Positions 13,501 to 25,500 of a stretch of 64,000 nucleotides of DNA are shown piece by piece (the first letter of the stretch is position 1; each line of letters begins with the position of its first letter). The notes beneath the pieces were generated by a model that was not told the DNA's origin, made no database searches, and saw only the letters and a program-made list of their open reading frames with translations. This stretch comes from Bugula neritina (taxonomy: Eukaryota; Animalia; Bryozoa), in NCBI GenBank assembly GCA_964035545.1, contig OZ037766.1, positions 5,260,722 through 5,324,721 of the forward strand. The letters are read 5' to 3'. A program made the position numbers and the translations under genes.

Positions 13501-16500
13501 CTCCATTTTCTGTATTAGGTGTCTTTTACGTTTATATATTATGCTAATAGATTTCGGAAGAGTTTATCTCGTGTTATTAGATTGTGGAAGAGTTTATCTC
13601 GTATTATTAGATTGTGGAAGAGTATATCTCGTATTATTAGATTGCGGAAGAGTACGCTCCCCGGGATGCTGCTGACGCCAAACATAAGTTGGAAGAATAC
13701 AGAAGATTTAATGAGGATTTCCAGTCTAAAGGAGTTCTGTTGGAGCAGCTGCGTCAGCGTGTATACGAGCTGACAGCCAAGAAGGAGGCAGTCCCAGGCA
13801 TGTTGGACATAGAAACGCAGCTGGCTCAATTAGGTCTGTGCAGTGTCTTATTAGTTCATATCAACAAAAAAGTAATATCGAGATTGAAGTATTTTATCAT
13901 GTAGTTGCAAAAACTGAAATAATGTAGATTTGTTTTTCTTTATAGAGGACAGGTGGAAAGGGATACAACAGGCGTCCCTCAGTCGCTGTTTGTCACTGGA
14001 AGGAATTGAAGCTAACCTTGCTCATTTCACGGAGAGCGCTCATTTTCTCAGTACCTGGTTGCAGCAGAAAGAGAAGATGTTGTTAGCCTTAGGACCTATA
14101 GCCACTGAGCCCAATATGGTCAAGTCTCAGCTGCACCAAGTGCAGGTTAGCTGCTGTACATGACGTTTTCAGCAAGAAGCAACTGATGCTCTCTCCTCAA
14201 GACATTGTTTTTGTACTTTTTATAGGATTATGAAAGTTTTATTGCGCAATATATGTTGGATAGTTGAGTAGTGCAGAGGGAGTGAAATCAGTATATACAG
14301 ACATGTTAGTTATTTAACTGAAGGAGTTTTATAGCTTTTTCTCTGAGAACTTGTGTAATGCTATAATACAACACCTCCTCTATTACATTGAAAAAGACTA
14401 AACAACAACTTTCGATGTTTTTATGCTTTATTTTTTTTATAATATCAGCTTTATATTCAAATTTCTGTTATTTAAAATTTTAAAACATATCTGCTAACAA
14501 AAGTTGTATGGATGAGACTGAATAGTGTGGCACTTACTTTCAGGTACTAGATGATGAGTTACGCACTCAACAAACCAAATATGATCACTGTTTGGAGTGT
14601 GGGCTACAGATAATAGATAAAACTGCTGCCGAATCTGAACAAACATCTGACATAAACAGCAGACTAGATGGTATGGCCAAACACTGGAATAGCCTGGAGT
14701 CACAGATTAAGGTTTGGAGACTATAACCCTTGACACACTAGTACTGCATTGTTTTTTTGTTGAAAACATGTGGTTATATGACAAATTTTGTGGTAGTCCG
14801 TTAATTTGAAACCCATTTTAGATACTTTGATTTGTTAAACACTAAAGTTTGCTGCATTTAATCTACAACCACTTTATTTTTTGTTTTAATTGTTTTCAAA
14901 AAATCATCTCATGTTGATGTCTATTCTGCTTGGAAGCATTTTTAGCATTTAATTAGGACTACTGATTTAATTACTTATTACTACTATTGGCCTAAATATT
15001 TATTACCTATAATTTTATTTTCTTTTTTCTGTTCACTGTGCAATCAGTGTTTTTGTTACAAAGTTACCCTGCACTATATTAAATCTCAATAAATTATAGA
15101 GAATTTAATATAATTTAATGTGCGTTTCTTTACACATGTAGTATATGACAATTGGATCAGATAACATGACTCACCACTTATGACTCATTGTTTGAATGAT
15201 GAGTCATTTGAGTCATATGATAATCTGATAGCGCTGAGGTAATGACTCATAATATTGTAGTCCCGCAGAGACAACCTAAAAGCTGTGTTAGACAACAGTG
15301 GTGACCTCTACGACACTTTGGGGTATATAAATGAGTGGCTCTCTACAGCTACCGAGAAAGTTCAGGTGCTGAGTGAAGATAAGGTAGACACACAGACAGA
15401 AACTATGATGATCAAGGTACATGAAGTCATCAGCTGGTCATCTTTCTAAAATGCAGTAGTATTTTACTTAGATAGATAGCTTATCTTTTGTTGGTAGTAC
15501 AGCCCCCATTTAAGAGCAGTAGTGGAGAAATTGTGATAACCTAAGTTTTTAGATTTTGGTTTGGGGCACGGGTTGAAATTATTGCGAGAACATAACTTCT
15601 TAGGCTACATTTCTAATCTAGAACACAGGCTTTTTTCAATTTCTCCATTACTGCAACTACCTCTAATTGCGACTTTGATCTGTTACCAATGTTATATAAT
15701 TCAAACAACACGAGTAATGTATTAGAACAAAAATATATCGTGCTGCATATAATGCATATGATGTGGCTGTATCCATACATTTATCAATTTTATAGAAATT
15801 GAAAGTTGAAGTTGAGAAAAATGAGAAGATGGTAAAGTATGCTCAGGAGCTTTCTAGAAAGTTAACGGATTCTGTGAAGCAGCCAGTGGCTGAAGCAGAG
15901 ATCAAGCAGAAGATGATGTCAGTTTCCAGACCGTTCCATGAACTCAAGAGAAAACTGGGTTAGAGCTCAGTCTATTACCTGCACAAGTGCTAGTTTCTAT
16001 GGCCTTAGTTCCTTGTGGTTATGTTTTGAGGCTGTGAAGCCATTTGCATGCGTTTGTAAGTCTAGTTTTAAGTCAAACTGTCCAGGCAATAGCTGGTGGA
16101 TTTGTGAGCATAGGTACATAGTTTAGGGTCTCCATTACTGTTTTTACTGTGAGCTTTACTTCTTCAACTCGCAATCAAATTCTTTAGGCACCATCGAGTT
16201 GAACAACGAGTCTAAAGTGGCACAGGAGCAGACAATCACTGACTCGTGTGACGACATGCTGACATGGTTGAAGTCGGTCGGCCAACAGCTTCAGGTCCCC
16301 CTCTCTCTATCAGCCAGAGATGACGTGCTGAAGGAGCAAATAAGAACACACCAGGTAGATTGTCTTATATGCAGAGCTTCCGGAAAAGTCTAACGCAACT
16401 GTAGTTTCTTTTCTCGACAGGATATTGGAAATTTTGGCAGCATTTATGTGCAAATCTAATTTTGATATTTTAAAAATAAATTTTCGCTATTGATATTATT

Positions 16501-19500
16501 TGAATATAAATGAAAACAATGAATTGTCATGCATTGAAATTGTGAAACTGTCAGCTAAAGACTATAAATGGTTTCGAAGTTAAACTGCAAAACATCTGTA
16601 AATGGTTAACCAACTCATATTTTTCTGTGCAGAGCATGCAGAATGAGCTGATTGACAGAGAGAATGTAATGAAGCAATTGTCAGCAAAGTTGGAGAAATT
16701 AGAGTCGCTGAGTGGAACTATTCCTGCTGACGTAGACGTAAAGATGGCTGCCGTGAAAGATGAGTGGAGAAGTGTATCCCGCAATGCTGAGAGAAGAGAC
16801 GCTGAGATTAGGGCTATCGGAGTACAGTCTGACCAGTGAGTTATAGTCATAGTACTGTCAGTCAGTTATAGTCATAGTGCTGTCAGTTATAGTCATAGTA
16901 CTGTCAGTTGTAGTCACAGTACTGTCAGTTATAGTCGTAGTACTGTATGTTATAATCGCAGTACCGTCAGTTATAGTCACAGTACTGTCAGTTATAGTCA
17001 TAGTACTGTCAGTTGGTCATAGTACTGTCAGTTATAGTCATAGTATTGTTAGCTATAGTCATAGTATTGTTAGTTATAGTCATAGTACTGTCAGTTATAG
17101 TCATAGTACTGTCAGTTGGTCATAGTACTGTCAGTTATAGTCATAGTATTGTTAGCTATAGTCATAGTATTGTTAGTTATAGTCATAGTACTGTCAGTTA
17201 TAGGCATAGTATTGTTAGTTATAGTCATAGTACTGTTAGTTATAGTCATTAGGAAGCTCTTTCAAAGAACCAAAAGTGCAATTGTTGTGTGTTTTTAATG
17301 AATACCACAAGCTCACAGTTTTTGGTATTGTTTGATATGCTGATCTAATAAATATTATGTTTTATAAATATTAAATTAATTATATATGATTTTCCATTAG
17401 TTTTGTTGAAGCCACAAAACATACTTTAAATTTTTCCTGCATGTCCAAAATTTTGCTTATAAATTGAATATTTCATTAATGATTGCCCTTAGAGTTGTGT
17501 CCTCTTTGGTTATAAATGTCGTGCAGTATGTCATGTCTAAGTATTAGCCTGCTGAATTATTATACTCTTTTTCAGGTTTAATAGTGACGCTGGCAGGCTG
17601 CTTGCGTGGCTAGATATGACCAATGAGAAGTTAGCCTCTCTTTCAACCACATCTGATGACAAGCCGGAACTGGAGTCCAGGTTACGAGAATCTCAATCTT
17701 TGCAAAGTGAAATCACAAGAAAGAAACCCGAGTTAAATCTTTTAGTTAGCAATGCACAGGTTTGTTTCTATTTATGCTTAACCTTAGGATTTCTGTACTA
17801 ATGTCATTAAAATCCCCAGCATTGGTGTTCGCACCAGATTACACACCTGTCTCCTTTGGTTTTGTAGTCATGTGACTTCGAATTTCTAATATATACTCAT
17901 TTTGAGATCTTGTACTTTGAAGTTAAAATTCAAACATGTATAATTAAATTTTCAATTATGTAACAAAAAATATAAATTTGTATTTAATAAAAATAAAATA
18001 CCCTTTCTGCTTGTTTTAATATGATGTAAACAAATGCTATATACTGGCATTTGTTTATATTGCATGGTTGTGTAAAGCCTACTCTGTTCTTTATATGTAT
18101 ATATGTGGGGCACCTGTTCCTTCCAGGAGTTCCTGGCATCTGTTGACACTGATAAGGAATGTGTCACTGAGCTCATGGCGACAGTACAGGGCAGGTGGCA
18201 GTCAGTTGAACGACTCACTGACTCAACCAGCAAATCGCTGGAGGAACGGACCAATCAGCTTTCAGAACATCAGGACATGATCAATGACCTTACTAAACAG
18301 GTCAAAGAATACGAAGATATCCTGGCTTCCCACAATGCACTTGGAGCTACTGCCTATGACAATAAGCATGTTGAACACATTAAGGTATTTATATATATAT
18401 TTCTCCTAGTCAGTGTTATAGTAATGTATGTTATAGTGTTGAGAATACAGTTCCTTACTTTATATATATTTCTTTACCTGCTGCCTGTGCAGGCATGTAA
18501 TACGTAGCGTATCATGCAGACCGCTTTTTTCGTTTTGTTGTACTTCAACAGGCAGGCGTTTATCTAGTTGTTCTTCTGCATTATTTACTAAGTTACCATG
18601 TTACCAATGTTATACAAATCGAAGCTGATGAAATATATTCAATTGTTTTGTGTTAAATTAAAGTAAGAACCTGGGCTGTTGGCTATATGTTTTGTTCTTT
18701 CTTTCTACTTGTTAATTAAACAGTTTGGAATACTCTTGTTATTGAATGACTGCAGAAATGTATATTTTCGCTCAGCCCGAGTTCTAGATTGCAACAGCAG
18801 ATGTCATTTTACAATATCTATTGGAGCTAATGCTATAATTCTGTTCACCTCATAGCATTTGTTTGTTTGTTGAAGCTGCTACACGGTTTTAGTGTCAAAT
18901 GTATGTTATTGTGATGGTGCATTGGGTTATGTATGTATTATATATATGGTTCATAGATACGTGTATATTATATGTCTGTACAATGTCTCCCTGTCTCATT
19001 ATTCCAGGCTTTGGAAGACACCAAAACCCTCCTAGTGAGTAACATGATGCTACCTAACAAATCAAATGAAACGCTCTTACCTTTATATATTTATCATGAG
19101 ACATACAGCTGCAGATCTGATCAATGCACAATATAACATAATAATTCTTGTCTAAAGTCTGCTGCTCTAACCTCTAACCTTTAACCTCTTGGGGTGTGGG
19201 CTTATTAGAAGTAGAAACTCCTCTACTTTGGTGATGGATTTCCAAATTAGTCTAACAATTATCCGCACATTTAATATAATAATATGTAGTCCTGTCTCAC
19301 AGCTTCCTAATTATAAGCGGATGGTAGATTTCAACTTTTTTCGTAATTCTTTCTCAGTCAAGCTCAGTATGAGGTATTTTCAACAAATATGTTCATTGTC
19401 CCCCTCCGTAATGTGTCTTTATATCTGTAATCCCATGGTCTTAAGACATGGTATCCCAACCATTGAGTTGAATAAATTAAACTTTTTCCATGAAATATAT

Positions 19501-22500
19501 TTGCCTCTGTCCTTATTTAGCTTTGTGAAGAACTCTTTCGGAGATTTACGGTAATGTGTTGAGTTTTAGACAAAAGTTGTTATATATCTGTTCAGTCTGT
19601 TTTTACTATTTATTCTGTTAATATATTAACTGTTGGGTTTGGGTTTTCTATAGCTGATTTTTTTTAATTGGTTTATATAATATACATATATGTCCCCTTA
19701 TGTGTATCTCTGAAAAATGATATAGTGTTTCAGTTCTTTTCAATAATAATATTAAGAGTGCTAAATAATACTTTAAAGTAAGTCTATAAAAGCCATGTTT
19801 AGCCACATTTACTTTACTCGTTTCTTTTAGAAAGATACTTCAAATTGTGTTTTAATGGAAGTTTCATTTGCTTTTATTCACCAAATCTCTGAGTAGTATA
19901 TATAATCTTTACTTTGTACAGCTGAATATACGAAATGCTGACATGAGAAATGGTATGTTTCAGAGCGCTCAGTCTCAACTCAGGCAGCTGAGACCGCAGC
20001 TGGAGGCGGTGCGAGGGAGGGGAGTCAACGGACACTCGGCAGCTACTGGTGACTCAGCCAAGCCGAGGATTCAGAGAGAATCGGAAGAGCTGCTGTCCAG
20101 ATTTGACACTCTTGACTCTAACATAGACAGCCGGGTGGGGCAGGTGGAAGCAGCCTCCAAACAAGTAAAGGATTTTCAGGTATACCAGAGGCTATATATT
20201 CTCTACTAACACTGCTAACGTAGATTTGCCATGTCGAGAAATACTTTATTGGAATGTTATATCTGTCATTGTGAATGTTTTATTGAGGCTTGCATTTAAG
20301 AAATAGTTTTTATTTTTGACTTTGCTATGCCTTAGGCAAAGCAGGTGGATTTGTTTTGACTTTTTTCAAGACGGCCATAAACTGTGAATGAAAATATGTT
20401 GCAATCATGTTGTTTTTGTGCTGCCGTTTACAGGGCACCGTAAAGGCAGCAATTGGCAAGCTGTCAGATCTGGATGACAGTCTAGACAGCATGAAGCCCG
20501 TGTCATGTGACTCTAAGACCATCAGACTGCAGTTGGAGGAAGTGAAGTCGCTGGAGGCGGAGCTAGCTAGTAAGGAAGATACGATGGCGCAGCTGGAGAC
20601 ACAGTGTCGCAAACTTACACACGCAGGCTATCTTCAGGAACCTCAGCTACACAAGGTAACACAACTCCCACCTTTACTGTGCTCTTGTAATCTCGCTCCT
20701 ATCTAGTGATTACTGTTTACCTGTGCTCTTGTAATCTCGCTCCTATCTAGTGGTTACTGTTTTCCTGTGCCCTTGTAATCTCACACTTACCTAGTGGCTA
20801 AAACCATGTTTGTTGTAACAGGGGCCGGGAAAGAATATCTGTTTTAGTGTTTGACTACATCATAAGTTTTCAGGCTAAAGATTGTAGCTTACCGTACAAA
20901 AAGCATCATTTCTTTAGGTTCTTTATAATAACACTATTCAAGTCTCACTTCACTTGGGTAGACCAGCTTATAGATGACATTGTATGCACACCAGGCACAG
21001 ATAGAAAGTGTGAAGAAGCAAGTTGCTAAGTTACAGTCCAAGGCCAGTCTGAGACACAACAACCTGGTGAACAAGTTGGATGAAGTTGACAGTTTTGATG
21101 TGGAGGTGCAGTCTGTACAAAGAGATATAGCTAAAGCCGTGAGGGGAGAGAAAGCCCTTAAACCTGTAGCCTCAGATCTACCAACTATTAAACAACAGCA
21201 GCAAGAGTTCAAGGTGGGAACACTGGCTATGTGTTAATGACACTTGAATTTCTGCTCTCGGATGTATTTCACAGCTGCAAAATGCTCTTTAGTACTTGAA
21301 ATGTGTTTATTTAATTTAAAGTGAGGTTCGCCATCTTTAGCTGTAGAACTATACATTTCAGGGGTTCACTCGCACCCACGTAGACCCTCTACACAAAAGA
21401 GTAGAAGACGTCAACAAAGCAGGTCTACAGTTGATCAGAACAGCTGGAGGATCTGTCCCCACCGACAGCATAGAAGCTGATCTGGACGCTGTCAACTCTA
21501 AGTGGTCCAAACTAGCTGAGCAGGTGCTGCCTTTTTCTCAGTAAATTCAATAATGGTAGGGCAACTCCAGTAATTCGTAATTTTTAAAGATGAGTTCATA
21601 TGAAATACTTAGAGTGAGTATTTAATGTTAATTCATCTTTTAAAAATTACGAATCGCTGGAATTACTCTACTACTCTTAATTTTTTAGTGACATCTATAT
21701 TAAAAGTGCTTCATATGTGGATATATGTGTCGGTATATGTCTGGGCATATCTACTGGCCACTCACCTGTATAGACTAGTACTAAACTCACCTGTATAGAC
21801 TAGCACTGAACTCACCTGTATAGACTAGCATTGAACTCACCTGTGTAGACTAGTACTAAACTCACCTGTATAGACTAGTACTACCTGTATAGACTAGTAC
21901 TGAACTCACCTGTATAGACTAGTACTAAACTCACCTGTATAGACTAGTACTGAACTCACCTGTATAGACTAGTACTACCTGTATAGACTAGTACTGAACT
22001 CACCTGTATAGACTAGTACTGAACTCACCTGTATAGACTAGTACTGAACTCACCTGTATAGACTAGTACTGAACTCACCTGTGTAGACTAGTACTGAACT
22101 CACCTGTGTAGACTAGCACTGAACTCACCTGTGTAGACTAGTACTGAACTCACCTGTGTAGACTAGTACTACCTGTATAGACTAGTACTGAACTCACCTG
22201 TGTAGACTAGCACTGAACTCACCTGTATAGACTAGCACTGAACTCACCTGTGTAGACTAGTACTACCTGTATAGACTAGTACTACCTGTATAGACTAGCA
22301 CTGAACTCACCTGTGTTTACCTGCCAGGTGGAGGAGAGAGACAAGAAACTAGACACAGCTCTCCTGCAGACAGGTAAATACAAAGACTCTGTCACGTCTC
22401 TGCTGGAGTGGCTAGCTGAAACAGAGGGTATGGTAGCCAATCAGAAACCTCCGTCTGCTGAGTACAAAGTAGCCAAAGCACAAGTTCAGGAACAAAGAGT

Positions 22501-25500
22501 AGGTTTATAGTCAAAGTATTCTAAAAATAAACGTTCTGATTTTTTGTATTTAGCTTCAAAATTTAGTTTGATTTACATTCAAAGTATATTCTATTTTAGT
22601 TTTTGCAAAAGATGATTAACGACCGAGTAGAAAATGTTGAAGCTGTGCAGCAGATTGCTGCGCAAATTCACGACCAGACTGATGCCAAGGAGCAGCAAGA
22701 AGTTGATGCAGAAGTTGGGGACCTGATGTCAAGATGGCGGAGTCTTAAGGATAAAGTTGACGGCCGATCCAAAGCTCTCAACGATAATCTGGGTAAGTAC
22801 TGTAACAGTGTCGAGTGAATGTTCTAGTCATCTAGTGTCGCTAGAGTCTTGTTTCATATACTAGTATTGATAGCATGAATAATGCTGTGAAATCTTCACT
22901 TGTTAGAAATGACTAAGACATTCCATGATAGCCTGGAGCCATTTGTTGCCTGGATGGATAAAGCTGAGAGAAAACAGTCTCTGGTTGACCCTATTGGTGC
23001 TGACGTTGCTGCTATGGAGAAACAGAAGCACCAACAGCAGCAGGTTACCATCTATGATGCAAAAATGGTTGACTCTAAGTTAAAACTTGCAGATATTTTT
23101 TTCTTCAACTGTTGATCAAATTTTACTAAAATTTAATGCATACAAATAAATAGTATTGTACGCAAGCATTTATCATGAAAAAAATTTCGACGAGGATGGG
23201 ATTCGAACCCACGCTCCCAGAGGGAAATGGATTAGCAGTCCATCGCCTTAACCACTCGGCCACCTCGTCTGTGAAGCTCAAGCAATTAATGCAAGATTCA
23301 CATTAAAAATGTAGCTCCTGTATTTGTAACGAACTAATATTGGGACTTGATAAGTTAATAAAATTTTATTACTTCTGCTAATAATCATATTATTATTGTT
23401 CATTGTCGACAACTTAACCAGTGTGATATGTCATTAGAAATATTGTGTTGTAGTATAATGCTGATGTAGAAGTCAAAGCTACAGAACTAGGCCAAGTGTT
23501 GAAACGAGGACAAGATTTGCTAAGGTATTGCCAGGGAGATGATGCATGCATTGTTCAAGATAAACTCACAGCTTTAGAAAATAGATATGATGGTAAGGAA
23601 ATTCAAGTTTCACAAATAGGTATAATGTTAATATCATTCACCTGATGAATAAGTAAAACCGAAAAATAAAGCTGATTCACTGTGCATAAAAGTTGTTGGA
23701 AATTGCACATTCTTGCAGCCTTAATTATGGCATTACTTGCTTGAAAAGTTTGATTTTGAGATGATTATAACTTTTACTGTCAGATGCTTGGCTTGTGCAA
23801 GCATCCATGCAGATCAGTTGGCTGTGAACAAGGTATCATATTTCCATTGCAATTGCATGAAGGTAGCATGGCCGAGTGGTCTAAGGCGCTGGTTTTAGGC
23901 ACCAGTCCGAAAGGGCGTGGGTTCGAATCCCACTGCTGCCAAATATTTTTTTTTCCTTTTTATTGCATTAACTACAATTTCAAATGCTTCTCTCTATCAA
24001 GCACCATACCCACAATCCACAAATATTAACCTAATGAATTACTGTAAAATTTTTAACTTGATTTCATTGATTAATAGGGAAATGAAATTGGACGTAGTTA
24101 AATATTGTGCTATAGCATGTTGCATTTCTAACTGTGATCATTACTAACTTATTTCTGTACAAGTTTTCAAATGAATTCTAGAACTAGAGAAACAAGGTAA
24201 AAATCGGTTGGATAAGATAGAGGCTGCAATGCCCATTGCGGAGAGCTTCCAGACTTCTTGTGGTCGTTTACTGGAGTGGTTGGACAAGGTCGTCCCCGTT
24301 GTTGAGTCTACAAAAGTAGACGATTCAACAGAGTCTGAGGTCAGTCATAAAATTAAATTCTCAAGTCTAACAACACTAGACCTGTTTCATGAGTGTAACC
24401 CTCTATTTCTACTTGTTTGTTGCCGATTGGTATTTTATTCAGTTTCTTGTGTTATTCAGCTGTTGAATAAAACTCAGGTGAGAAACTTCTAACAGGCTCT
24501 TAGCTCTAACTCTACTTTGTCAGCCGCCGCACTTTAGCAGGATATTACATCACCGGCACATCTGTACCATCTCTAAGTTTAATTTTTCTCCATTTGATAA
24601 CGTCAAAGATCATTGGTCAGCTTGTATTTTGAACGCTGTGTAAACAGTCAATTTGCTATCAGTCTGAAAATAATTTTTGACCAAAACTGCTCTTTGATTG
24701 TAAATTATGCCAAGGTGTGGTGGCGCAGGCTCCAGGCTTATGTATAATACTACCAGCTATTCAAGAGGTATCTCAGACATCTCTTTCAACTATCAACTGT
24801 CTAAACGCATTTTCTCTTTCTAGCATTTAACAGCTAAATAAATAACTCCACTACCTACATTATTAGTTTATTTTCTATGTATAGTAGCGCCATGTGGTTT
24901 AATTTTTATAATAATAATCGTTGTTTATGTTTATGCAGTGATGACTGTTAACGCCCATCAAGGATGGTCCGTTGTGTAAAGTTGATAATATATTAACAGA
25001 CAGTTTTTGCAGTGTTATTATATGCTTTGTTAAACCTGTTTAAATATAAAAAAAAACTTTTGATGTGTTCATAATTATATCGTTTCTATTTTGAAATATT
25101 GCACCTGTCTTTATAACTTAAGACATTATTTGTATCAAAGTTAATTTTAAAATAATATTTTAGTATTTTACAATTATTTAAAGTTTACTTAATGTAATTA
25201 TAGGCATTGCAGAGGCAATTAGCTGAAATAGAGCCCGTGTTTGAGGCTGTCGTGTCTAAAGGGGCGTCACTAACCCGTCTCGTACCAGGGGAAGGTGCCG
25301 AGAAAATTTCTCACACTCTAGCAAAGACACAGAAACAGTTCTCTCACATCAGTGAGCAGATACTAAAAAAAGTCGAGACGCAAAAAGCAGCGCAAGAGAT
25401 GAAGCAAGAGGTGAGTTGGAGTTTTCCCCTCTTCTGGGTTCATCTCTACTTATATGTTAGATACTTCAACAGTGTTTCTGTTGTATATGAGTTGAATGAT

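Noticed and set aside
16877-17298. Hydrophobic V/I/L-rich ORFs resembling membrane proteins
   Set aside because: Translations of the intronic 21-bp minisatellite.
19163-19190. CTAACC-like telomeric repeats
   Set aside because: Only three degenerate 7-mers; not a telomeric array.
21760-22316. CRISPR-like array
   Set aside because: Head-to-tail repeats without unique spacers, in a eukaryotic intron, with no cas genes.
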